Both the position numbers and the translations under genes were made by a program. The notes below the pieces were generated by a model. That model worked only from the letters and a program-made list of their open reading frames with translations. It did no database searches and was not told the origin of the DNA. Below, in pieces: positions 11,319-23,377 of a stretch of 64,000 nt of DNA. Every line of letters starts with the position of its first letter. Positions within the stretch are counted from its first letter, which is position 1. The stretch is from Schmidtea nova. Lineage: Eukaryota. The stretch is from positions 392,274,001 to 392,338,000 of the forward strand of contig CM097883.1 in NCBI GenBank assembly GCA_044892505.1, written 5' to 3'.

Positions 11319-11537
11319 AATCATTAAATTAATTAATTAAAATGTCATTCAAAAAAGTCGTTGTTTAACCCGTTATTGGAAAATCCGATAAACAACAAAA
11401 CTTAAAGGTAAAGAAGATGTCATTAAAGAAGACATCATTAAAGAAGATATCATTGAAAAAAGAAGTCAAAAATCAAGAAATCAAAGAAGAAATGGATTAA
11501 ATTATAAACAAAACAAATTGTGAAAAAGCTGCTAATA

Positions 11538-11869
11538 ATGAAAATTAAACGCAGTTTACCATATTTGATAAAAGCTTGATAAAGGCTCCAATTAATAAAC
11601 GTATGACAATCTTACAGGCTTTTCCCCCATTTGTTATAGGTGATTTGCTTGAGGTTATTGTCAATGTAATTCGTGGTAATGTAAATATTAGTAAAGCCAA
11701 AAGATTACGGCTACAAAAACATAAAAGATCAATTTTATCACTAGTCAACACTAAAAATCGTAATCTTATGCGTAAGATAATTTATAAACCAAATGGCGGT
11801 TTCCTAGGTACATTAATTCTAATAGTATTATCAGCTATAAGTGCAATTTCATCATTAAATGGGAACTAA
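11538..11869 (+). CDS. Basic core/protein X-like Polinton protein with GGFL motif and hydrophobic C-terminal helix
   Basis: NVIRGNV..RLQKHKR..PNGGFLGTLILIVLSAISAIS resembles the adenovirus pX/Polinton GG-cleavage tail. An 11-nt tandem duplication near 11565 shifts the N-terminus. Confidence 0.6.
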
Positions 11870-11928
11870 AAATTCAATACCCGATAAACATAATTTAGAC
11901 TTAAATATATTAACATCTTGTTGTAACA

Positions 11929-13025
11929 ATGAAGGAAACATTAACCAAAAAGAAGGTAACCAAAAATCAATTAAAAAAGATTTGGACAAACCCAAAAGAT
12001 CCCGATGGGTTTGCTGGGGTAAACAAAATTTCAAAAAGAGTAAATAATTCAAAGAAAGATACGCAAAAATGGTTATTTGATCAATTAGCATATAGTTTAA
12101 ATAAACCAATGTTGAAAAGATTTCCTACACGAAGTTACAAAACAATTGGTGTTGATGATTTGTGGCAAATGGATTTAATGGAAATGATACCTTTTTCAAA
12201 AATTATTAATGGATACAAGTATATTTTGACTTGTATTGATGTGTTTAGTCGCTATGCACGTGCAGTTCCAACAAAAACTAAATCTGCAAATGAAATGGCT
12301 GAAGCTATAAAAACTTTATTTGCAGATGGGAAACCTCGAAATTTACAAACTGATTTGGGTAAGATTTTAATTTAATTTAAATTTTATTCTAGGTAAAGAA
12401 TTTTATAATAGTAAAGTTAAAGAAATTATCAAGGGTATTAATCATTACTCGGTATTTTCACAATTCAAGGCAGCTGTTGTTGAAAGATTCAATCGAACTC
12501 TGAGAGATAAATTGAAAAAGTACTTTGTTTTTCAAGGAAATAAAACTTGGATAAATGTTTTGCCTAAATTGATTTAGTTATAATTTTTCTCCCCATAAAG
12601 GAATACAAGGAAAGCGACCCATTGATGTTTATTCTACAAATAATATGGATAGTTGGTTATCTGAACAAAGAAAATCAATAAAGAAAAAGCCAAAATACAG
12701 GGTCGGTGATCATGTTAGAATCAGTAAAATCAATGGATCCCCCTTTATCAAGAATTTTGACAATAATTGGAGCGATGAAGTTTATCAAATCTCGAAAATC
12801 AATACAAATCAGAACCCGGTCATGTACTTTATTACCGATTCTAAAAATAATGAAATCAGTGGGAAATTCTATGAACAAGAGTTACAAGTAATTCCAGCCC
12901 CATCAGTATTCAGAATTCAAAAGATTTTAAAAACCAGAATGGTTGGCAAATATAAACAATATTATGTTCAATGGCATGGGTATGAAAAACCCACTTGGAT
13001 ATCTGAAAACCAATTGATTAAATAA
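11929..13025 (+). pseudogene. Polinton retroviral-like (rve) integrase with C-terminal chromodomain; 34-nt intron 12359-12392; frameshift ~12573
   Basis: WQMDL, CIDVFSRY, spliced QTDLGKEFYN, VERFNRTLR, KYRVGDHVRISK, chromodomain YYVQWHGY. Confidence 0.92.
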
Positions 13026-13030
13026 ATATT

Positions 13031-14056
13031 ATGAAAGAAAACCAGTTTTATATGATTTTGCCTAGCAATGCATGCCCTCTTATTTATCCTAATAATGAAG
13101 CTAGTAATTTATGTAGAATTTCAAAATCCGATTTATTTAAATAGTAATGACGATTGGGAAGTTGCTTTGATTGATTTTACTTTTGTATATAATTTGTTCC
13201 CGTATTATAGTAATTCTTTTATTCAAATTGAAACTTAAAGAGAAATTCAAGAAATTAGTTATTTGAGAATCAATAATCAAAATAAATCATTCCAAGTTAT
13301 AGTTTCTCAACCTAGTTCAGACACTGATGTATTTATTGAAAAATATGAAGATTTGGTGTTTGTTTGCCCACATGTTCCATTTAAAATTACATTTCCAGAT
13401 CTTGAACATGCAAAATGTTTTGGATTGGAAAATACAACAATTACAAGTGAAAATGATCATTATCGCTTAAAATTACCAAAATTCACTAATGATAATAGTC
13501 TTGAACAATTTGGAATTTTATTTAATTATGGCATTAAAACTGTTAATGATCATTATTTTCAAGAAGAATTATTCATAACGTCATTACCCGAATTGCAAGG
13601 ATATTTAATGAAAATTAATCCATCTCCATTTAAAGAAATGAAACTTGTCAATAATGAATTGGTTAAAATTATTCTTCATTATAATATTTAAAAAATTACT
13701 TTTGATTCAAATTTAACCAAATCTCTGGGTCTACAGAAACAAATACAGAAATAATCGGTGTAAAAATTCCCAAAATTTTACAACTTCATCAGCAAATATT
13801 CATTTACAGCAACATTATCGAACCAGTGACTGTTGGAGATGTACGAGTTCCCCTCCTAAAATCAATTTGGATCAAGAAATATGACCAAGGTGAAGTTGTA
13901 CAAATTGAAATAAAGAATCCAATGTATTTGCCGATTTCAACATCAACTATAAACAACATTGAAATCAATATTCGTGAAGACAGTGGAAAATTAATTAAAT
14001 TTTCAAAAGATACAAAGACTCATTTGACTCTATATTTTCGTAAAATAAATGATTAA
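13031..14056 (+). pseudogene. Minor capsid (penton-like) protein, paralog 1, with stops and frameshifts
   Basis: FYMILPSN..WEVALIDF N-terminus and FIYSNIIEPVTVGDVRVPLL..IEINIREDSGKLIKF..LTLYFR C-terminus. Confidence 0.75.
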
Positions 14057-14441
14057 AAAGGATTTTTGTGTAAATTTACCAAGCAATTCTTGCCCATTGA
14101 CACATCCTAATAATAAAGCTGGAAAATTCAATGTTGAATATCAAAACCCGATTTATTTGGATGGTAGTTGGAAAGTTGCTCTTATGGATTTTACTTTTGT
14201 GTACAATGAATTTCCGTTTTATAATAGTTCAAGTATAAAATTTACTAGAAGTGAATTACATTCTAGTTATGAATATTTCAATTTTAACCAACAAAAGAAT
14301 GAATATGATATTAGTCACGATTCTAATTATTATTTGATGTATATTGATGGCAATATTTTAAATGTAAATTGTAAATATTTTCCATTTAAAATAATATTTG
14401 ATAGTGTTGAAGAAGCTAAAAAATTAGGGTTTCTAATTTAA
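14049..14441 (+). pseudogene. Minor capsid (penton-like) protein, paralog 2, 3' truncated
   Basis: FCVNLPSNSCPLTHPNN..QNPIYLDGSWKVALMDFTFVYN is paralogous to the start of paralog 1; its ATG overlaps the end of paralog 1. Confidence 0.72.
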
Positions 14442-14888
14442 ATTTAAACCCTTCCATGAGTGATTGTCCTTGTTATTATTTTTGTTAATTTTAAAATTTC
14501 ATTTTTGATAATATGAAGAGAAATTTAAAATAATGAAAGAAAATTAATTTCGAAAAAAATCAATAACTAATCAAAACTAAAACTCCTCCAGAAACTTCGC
14601 AAATCTTTCAAAAGATCGGTGTAAATAAAAGTCAAGATGGACTACTAAAGAAATGTGCCATAAGTAATATCGCACACTGCCAAGCGATGGTACTTCCACA
14701 AGAATGGTATACTACCCACCTTTGACGACGATCATCTCTTTATTAAAGATAAAAATTGATATAAATAATCTTTCTTTTTTTCTCATTGAGGTTTGTCATT
14801 GTTGCAATTACCTTGATGTATAAAAGTAGCTTATTTTATTTTTTAGGCATTCACTTCTCCAAGGACCGGGTTTTATTATATATAATTA

Positions 14889-14892
<4 letters not shown>

Positions 14893-14942
<50 letters not shown>
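14893..14942. repeat. (TA)n microsatellite
   Basis: Perfect TA run. Confidence 0.95.
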
Positions 14943-14948
<6 letters not shown>

Positions 14949-15386
14949 TCTTGCAAATATTTAGATGGAATTGATAAGATTTAGCTGGGATCGGAAAGAT
15001 GGCTGTAAATATTGCGTTAGTAGTGAATTGCCTAATCTCTAGTTCTGATGACTCGCTGCTGCAACTCTGGAAGCCTTTCGCAACTAGCACGCGACACTAT
15101 TCTTGTATGTTGTAGCTATCAATCCTATATCAGTGGTGTACCTGGCAGACTCATCAAAAGACATATTAAATTGAGAAGGAGCTGTTATCCGAAGAAAACC
15201 ACATATAATGCCTGGGACAATTCGGGCAGTTGCAAATGACAATAGAGTCGAAAATATCTCGACAATTACATTGATTTGATTGATCTCTTTCTGACTCTTG
15301 TTGTTGTATATTGCCTGTTTGGCGTGCTTCATGCTGAGCATTGTCATCATGTAAATTTTCAAATTTTATTGTTAAATAAAACTTTT

Positions 15387-15680
15387 ACGGTACTTACGTC
15401 ATCTAATAAGACGTCGACTTTTCTCACCATTCTCCAATATTATGTTTTCTATATTCCTCCTTACCTTAATTTGTTTGCCATCCGATTACTTACATAACTA
15501 ACGGTACTTACGTCATCTAATAAGACGTCGACTTTTCTCACCATTCTCCAATATTATGTTTTCTATATTCCTCCTTACATTAATTTGCTTGCCACCCGAT
15601 TACTTACATAACTAACGGTACTTACGTCATCTTATAAGACGTTGACCTTTACTCTTCTCTTACCCTTCTCCAATATTATA
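15387..15680. repeat. 114-bp tandem repeat, two full units plus a diverged partial unit
   Basis: ACGGTACTTACGTCATCT recurs at 15387, 15501 and 15615. Confidence 0.9.
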
Positions 15681-15989
15681 GGAACTACGCGTAAGCTTAT
15701 CCACTGCTCCTTTTTCTCGTTATCCGGTTGATCAACTCCTAAATACGTCAATTTAGTTTTATTTTTCCAATAACTTCAACGTTTTCACCAGCCCTCACAC
15801 TGTGCAGCCAATAACTGTGTTTCTTAACACACTCTGATACCAGATTCTGGTCGCGCCCACTCTAAAATATTTTTAAAATTAATAAAATAATAATTAAAAT
15901 AATTAATCGGGTGCTTGATCGCTATGAGAGATTGTGGGGCGAGCCTGGAAGCCGTTAGACGGTCTTATCGAAATCTATATAAATCTTAT

Positions 15990-16620
15990 ATGATGGCAGA
16001 TTTAGCAAACTTAGAAATTAGAAACATTTTGAAATCTTATGGAGAAGAAATTGGCCCAATTACTGCAACCACAAGAAATATATATTTGAAAAGGATTAAA
16101 GACTTTCAAAAAACGCAAAACTTCGAATAGTATGAAATCAGAACAAATATTGACAAATAAAACCAATACTTTACTAAAATCAAACACAACAATCCCACAA
16201 ATGACACAATCAAATATATTGAATATAAATGGAAATCACGGAAATAAATATCAACGTCATGCAAACATTGAAACTCAAACATCATTTGGAACACCGGGAA
16301 ATGTTAATAAATCGATAAACCTACCGCAAAGATTGAATCAAAAAGAGAGAATAACAACAAAGCAAAACGAATCTTGTTCAAGCTCAGATTCAGATTTCCA
16401 GACTTTTGCAGCAAATAATTATCAAAAAGGAACAAAGACCAACAATTAGTCACCAATGCCACAATATTACCGACAGGATTATGACAACAATTCAATTAAA
16501 TCAAATAATAACAGGAATAATAGTCCAAATCAAACAAAAGCTGATGATGATAACAGCAATAACAGCAATAAAAAATGGAAATCTGGCAATTCTGAATGTC
16601 CAGAAATTCGTGTAAAATGG
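15990..16620 (+). pseudogene. LEM-domain inner nuclear membrane protein fragment (frameshift and stop)
   Basis: MADLANLEIRNILKSYGEEIGPITATTRNIYLKRI is a LEM motif, followed by broken S/N/T-rich frames. Confidence 0.7.
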
Positions 16621-16933
16621 TATTATGCGTGTAATTGTCTGTGTGCGCGTCTGTGATATGTGGTGGTGAGATCTATTGGTTTTGGGGGTGCGCACACAGA
16701 CGCGAGTTGTTGAAGTTGGATTTCTGCGTATTTTCTTGTGATGATGGAAAGTTGGATTTAAAAGGATTTTTTGGAAATTATCGAATTAAAAGACTTATTG
16801 TTTTTTGTTTTACTACTTCACTTTTTTATAAGGTGTTTTGGAGAGATTTGGAATGATGAATAAAAATCATAGAGGTTTTGAATTTGTTTGATATGTATTG
16901 CTTGTGAAATTTTAGATTATTAAAATATTTGTA

Positions 16934-17929
16934 ATGCCAAAATCAGTTAATAAAAAAAATACATTCAGATTTCAAACGTTTGAAGAGTTTAAAGTAGATA
17001 CTCTATTGAAAAAGAGATCAAAATTAGATGACAATAACGAAAGCCATCTAACACTACGTTTCAGCAAATGGACAAATTTGAATTGCAGCTTGGAACTCAT
17101 TGAATTAAGAGATAAACTCGGATCAAAGATATTAACCTTAAATTTATTATTATTAAAGGATCAGGAAGTTGTAAATATTCTATTTGAAAGCCTTGAAAGA
17201 TGCACTTCGAGATCATGTATAGCAGTAACGGATTTGTTACAGCATTTGGTTTGCGATATTCGGCAGGATTTTTTGTCTTATTTAGAGAGATCTTTCGTTT
17301 TAATAACCTCAGTCATTGAGCGAGTTGAAAATGACGCCGATATGTTACTGAGCGCATTCAGTTCGATTGCACATATTTTATCATTCTTAGAGCGTCCTTT
17401 GATTAAAGACATTGAACAACTGTTGCTGCTAATTATACCGCTTCTTTTTCACCAGCGAAAAGATTACATTCGTAATTTTATTGCACAGAGTTTAGCTTAT
17501 TTGCGGAGGAAAACCAAAGATTTTAAATATATTTTTACAAAGAACATTCTAGTCGATCTAATTGATGGAAATACCAGTGAAATCTATTCCAATGCTGCTG
17601 GTCTCAATCAGATTGTTGTGTTCCTTTTCCTCGTTTCAGATACCAACAATTCCTGCGCTAGAGTGCGAAACGCGTCTTTTTATTGGAGATGCATAGAAAA
17701 CAGCTTGCCTCGAGTGATGGTATTTCTGAATCAATCTTGTCTAGCGATTGCTAGTGATATGTTTACCAATCCCGATAGATATCCTTTGTCGGATCGTGAT
17801 GAGAATCTCAATTTGTCAATGATTAAATCTCGCGTTCTGAGTCCAAAAAGGAGGAAATCAAACGGAGCTGGATGCGCCGATCCAGATTCATTTTCCAAAA
17901 AAATCGACCGTAAATTCACTGTTAATTAA
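16934..17929 (+). pseudogene. UTP20: UTP20 (U3 processome) N-terminal fragment fused to unrelated sequence
   Basis: NTFRFQTFEE, KWTNLNCS, LVCDIRQDF, SIAHILSFL and YIRNFIAQSLAYL match the UTP20 N-terminus. Similarity is lost after ~17600. Confidence 0.7.
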
Positions 17930-18437
17930 GGGCACCATAGACATTTAAGTTATATTAGTTATATGTACAAAAAAATGCAAAAATACTACAAATAAGAACA
18001 AAAGTTAAGTGTACTTTAGAAGACCAAAAAAATAAATTCCGAAAAACAAATAACAAAACAACCCTTTAATAAAAAATATTCCTCAACCAGCCGAACATGC
18101 AAAGGAAAATCTCGATAGATAAAGATAAATTCGAATTTTTAAATTAAATTTACATAGATATACAGAAGATCATAAAAACTATTAATTTTAGTGAAGATTT
18201 CCAATAATTTAGCCAGCAAATGGGTATTAAAGTATCAGAAGCATGGTAAAAGAAACTCAATTATTATTTTTCAGTATTGACATTTATAAGTAAATTTAAA
18301 ATATGCTAAAATGCTTAAAAACATAATAAATATGTTATTGATTTCCCAATTGACTTTTATTATATTTTTATTCGCTTTATTTAGAAAAATTAAAATCAAG
18401 AAAGAATTTCGAATGAGAAAATAGCATTAAAATATAT

Positions 18438-21400
18438 TTAATCAGATAAAACAACATCATCATCCAAGGGTGCGACACCGAGTCGAGCTCGCACATTCGC
18501 GATCGTCAGTTCATGGAATAAATGCCTAGTGACAGCTGGAACTCTGACCCGCAACATCTCCTCATTTGCATTACCGTTATCCGTATTGTTCTCACAGAGT
18601 TTACATCTCCAACTGTTTTCTTGACTCGCCCCCCCGTTAGCTCCCTGCATGAACCAGGGAACGCGGTCCTGTACCGGCCGGTAATAAGAATGAACAAAAC
18701 TCTTGCAATTCTTGCAGTAGCGCGCCACGACCTTGTCTGAGTTGCAATCGATGATCCTGTCTTGCAGGCAAAAGGTAGCGCCATGGGATAGCAACCCGTC
18801 GCGTTCCATTTCCCCCAAACGAATACCCCCTCCTATCTTCCTGCCCTTCACCGGCTGCCGAGTAGTACTATCGATTTTCCCAATTGTCCTCACTTGGTAC
18901 TTGTCCTCCACCAAATGCCGCAGCCGCTGGTAATAGACGACCCCCATGGTGATTTCGTCATTGATCATGCGGCCCCTGTACCCGTCATAGCACCGCTCGT
19001 AACCGAACCCGTCATAATGGCGCGATTTCAAGCCCGCCATGTACTGCTCGACAATGTCCGCCGATTGGAAGGCGGTCGAGTCGATCGGCTGCGAGGAGAG
19101 GGCGGCGAGCTTGCCTGCGATGAACTCGATCATCATGCCGACAGTCATTCTGCTGGGTATGCTGTGCGGGTTGAACAGCTGGTCCGGCACGATCCCGTCC
19201 TCCGACATGGGCATCTCAGCCATCGGCACCTTCAGGCTGTTGACTCCCTTCTGCCCGTGCCGACTGGAGAACTTGTCCCCGATGTCCGTGTTGCGCAACA
19301 GCTTGATGCAGATGGTCGCGCAGCAGGTGTTCCCGTTCAGGGAGGCGCTGATCACGTAGCCGATCTCGTTCTCCTTGTACTTGGTGGCCTTGGTCTGGTC
19401 GGTCTGCGCGCAGTATTGCGCGTAGATGTTGCTCTTGCCCGGGATCAGCTTGATGCCGATCGGCGGCAGCCCGTCGCTGTCCAGGTCCGGGAACACCTTC
19501 TTGCCGCATCCGAGCACGCTCTCGTCCAACCGACCACGTTCCGGGGTCAGATCGATCACGTAGTTCTTGTAGATGGCGCAGCGGCCCATCCCCCGCTCCA
19601 GGCTGTTCAGATTGATGACCATAGCGTCCTCCATGTCGTATGCGGTGTAGCTGGCAATCGCGACTATTGGGTTGTACCCCAGCGGCCGCTTCTTCATGTC
19701 GTATTCATCGTAGGTCTTTGATCTGGTCAGGGGCACCTGTGGGGTCAGGAAGCAGTACAACTTGTTGTCGGACCGATACCGAGTCGTGTAGTAGGTGAAC
19801 CCCATGCTCTGCTTGCTCATCTGGCATTGGTAGAGATTTCTGGGCGACGGGTTGTAATTCTGGTACGGGGTGAACCCGGCGGTGAAGCTGTACGTGGATT
19901 CTGGACTCAACTCCTGGTGGGTCACTGACAGGTCTTCGTCGCCTCCCGCTTCCGTGTTGCAGGAAATATCGAGATAAGTCTGCTCGAACGTTCCGATATA
20001 CTCGATGACTGGCCGATCGAACATGATATTGTAAACCGGGCGCAATAAGCGACCGGAATTGGTGAAAATAAAAAGTCCGGGAAATTGCGCTGCGGTTGTG
20101 GAGATTTGTTTGCAGACGATTTCCGTTGTACTTGGCACTGGAATTGCAGGATCTGGGAATATTTTTCTATATCGGATATGGTTGGCGAGATCCGGCGCGT
20201 TTTCGTCGTAAATAAATCCGATCAGTTTCCCGTTGAGCATTACGCAGATGTATTGGCTTTTATCTGGAAGGTCTTTCATTCGTTTCAATCCTATTGTATT
20301 TTGTCTCAGGAATCGTTCGAGACTCTCTTCTTCGGCAAGTGGAGCGGATGTTGATTGGACCATTGTGTTGACACTGAAATGGTTCAATAATCCACATGGG
20401 GTACCGTCGGGGGTGTGCACTGGACACACAAATCCCCAACTTTCCGGTAACAAGCGACGAATCGTTGACGATTTCATTTCGATGAAGAAAGCTCCTCTGT
20501 GAAATGCACGGAAATTGGCAATAAAACGATAGAAATTAATATTATCAGTCAAAATTCTCAGGCCAGTATTTTGTTTGACGCCTGGAACGACTACCGAACC
20601 CAGGTTGCCAGTTGATAGCAAATAAAGCATTGGGTGTAGTATTTTTTTGGATTCTTTGAATGACGCTCTTACAAAATCTAGAAAACGAAAAATAATAGGA
20701 ATATTGTTGATAATAATGAATAACAATGATTGCCCGTCATCCAGCATATATTATTTATTGATATAATAATTTTTATTGATTTAAAAAGACAATATTTAAT
20801 TCATTCTAATATGTACCTAACATATATAAAATGCCACTGTCTCTTGGTCATATAATTTTATAAAAATTACTGTCATTTACCGAGTCATTTACATTTACTT
20901 TTTATATAAATGCTTTAACCCTTAATAACCTAGAGTTTCAATTTTGATACCAATCTTTTAAACCTAATGTTCACATTACTATTAGTTTTTTTTTATAGGT
21001 TGGCTGTTCGTATTTTACTGTTGTATAATATTCTTTCCAACGAAATTAAAAAAAAAACAAATGTCATTATTCATCTAGGCCCTCAAGCAAACACAATAAT
21101 ATTAAAAAAAATCACTTTCGTAAATCAGGCTACTAAGGGTTAAATAGAAATACAAAAGTTTATAATATTTAAATTATTTTTTAATTCTATCGATTATATT
21201 AATTCATAATTATTAATTAAATGTTCATAACTTTCTTAATTAAGCGAATTGAAGAAAAACGTTGCAAGGGGAAATTATATGAATATTCGATGACTGCTGG
21301 ATTCATGACAATGGAAATTATATGGTATTGTAATACTTGTGTAGACATTTTAATTTGAAAATTATTGAAAAATAAGAATTATTATACAATTAAGCATTTA

Positions 21401-22797
21401 ATGATTTTCTACATTGTCAGAATGACCAGTTTTTAGATGACGATAATAATAATGTATAAATAAATAAATTTATTTTTTCAGTTAGTTAAGTGAATTAAGA
21501 TAAATAAAAAAACTCATTACCTTTTACACCTTTGTTGGATTTTTTGCTCATCAATATTTTGACCATTGTGTCAATTTTAGCGAGATAGTTAACAAGAGTC
21601 AACCGAAACACTTGCTGAAAAAGTGAACCCGGTGTGAGAATCTCCTGAAAATTGAGAGTATCTGTAGACTCTTGGCAACAGTTGTCATTGACAAAACTGT
21701 GTAATTTCAACACCATAATGAGAATCAAATCATATTTCTCTCGGTAATCTTTGACGTTGATAGCGATATATTCATCAATAAACCATCGTCCTGCTTCAGC
21801 ATTTGTATACCATGACGGAATCCGAAGAAATTCCCGGAATTTGCTACCAAGATATTCTAAACACGAAATGTTCGTGGTGAACTGTCTCTCTTGTTGTGAA
21901 AACCGATTAAACATCATTGTCAAAGCTTCTATTATAGAAAAATCGTCTTTTGATTTCGGAAAATCAAGAAACATGTTGAAAAAGGAAATATTTTGAAGAG
22001 CTTTCAAAATAATTGGTAAAGGGATCTGGAAATATTTCTTACCGATTTGCAGCTGGAAATCCGGACAAGTGTTATCACGCCAGAATATTTTCATTTCACT
22101 AGTAGTCTCATCGTCCCGGACGCATCGAATGTAGACCTGATGCCCGGTTCTGTCTGTGCCGACCTTTTGGTGGGATTTGTACTGGACAACTGGAAAATTA
22201 CGACGGGTTTGCACAAGATATCGCAGCATGACTTGATTTCCTTTTACAATAAAATATCCACCGACTTCATCATCTTCTTCGTTGTGTTTTATTAGGTCTT
22301 TATCGCCCAATCTATGTAAATGACACAGATTTGAACGGAGCATTATTGGGATTGAACCAATTGTTTCTGTGATTGTATCTACTAGGACATCATTTATTGA
22401 TAAAGCTACAGTCATTGTAACTTTCCCTTCATATGTGAGATTCATCCGGCGGCACTAAATCGTTTTAAACAATTAAAATAATCATTGACAAATCAAAAGT
22501 TAATTAATGAATTGAAAATAGCAAAATTTACCTCCCAAGGATAAAGAGTTCTTGTATTGTCAATTGAGCATTTTGGTTTATGAATGATAATATTCTCAAC
22601 GACAATTTTAACTCTTTCTCCAGTTCCCAGTTCGAACTCTGTTGGTTTTAAATTTTTTAAAATGTTTCGTATTCCAGGTTTTAGAAAGCCATTGAAGGAG
22701 TCTATGTAGTCGCGAGTAAAATCTTGAATTTGCTATTAAATTTAATTTATTTTTAAAGTATGAGGAAAAACAAATCAAAATATACCCTTTTCTCCAT
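18438..22797 (-). CDS. POLR1B: DNA-directed RNA polymerase I subunit RPA2, ~1128 aa; exons 22797-22786, 22732-22532, 22454-21521, 20677-18438
   Basis: GT-AG introns join in frame. Motifs YPWECR, GDKFSSRHGQKG, NPHSIPSRMTVG, YYQRLRHLVEDK, GGIRLGEMERD and a C-terminal Zn ribbon. Pol I-type features PESWGFVCPVHTPDG and NPSPRNLYQCQM. Confidence 0.95.
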
Positions 22798-23377
22798 AAT
22801 ATTCGTGAGAATTTAAAATATTGTACTAGGTAATATTTAAACAAATATCATAAAATAATTTTTAGAAATGAATTCATTTAAAATAATAATATATTTTTAT
22901 AATAATAATTTTTAAAATCAATAAATATTTAATTTCTTGAATTTAATTAAGTATGTATAAAAATTTAAATAAAATATGTTTTTTTAGTTGATTGTAATAT
23001 ATTTGTTGGGCAAAAACGGAAATTTGTTTGAATAGCGCAATAATACAGCATGTAGAGAGCGCGCACGAAGTAAACTTAAAATTCGATCGAGAAAAACACC
23101 AAGTAAAACACAGTAATAACATAACACATAAATAATTAAATAAAACACGTTTAAAAATTAAAATGAACAAATCTAACGAATCCAATTAAAGGATATAATT
23201 TTATAGTGCAATAAATTAAGAATTACTTTGAATTAATTCATGAAAACTACCTACACTAAAATCATCAGGAAATATATTGATGCTAAAATAAATAACAAAT
23301 GGTTAACTAATGTTTATGTGATGGGTTGTTGAAAGATAGGAGCCATAGAAACAGTCAAGGTCAGTAGAATTTAATAA

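Larger units (their letters stand above)
8500..14441. mobile_element. Degraded Polinton/Maverick (adintovirus-like) endogenous viral element
   Basis: Clustered pPolB, packaging ATPase, pX-like, rve integrase with chromodomain and two penton-like ORFs. No major capsid, protease or TIRs are visible, and both ends appear truncated. Confidence 0.92.

Noticed and set aside
18506-19721. Long overlapping ORFs opposite or within RPA2 (e.g. 18894-19721 +)
   Set aside because: Expected shadow ORFs of GC-rich coding sequence; no recognisable motifs
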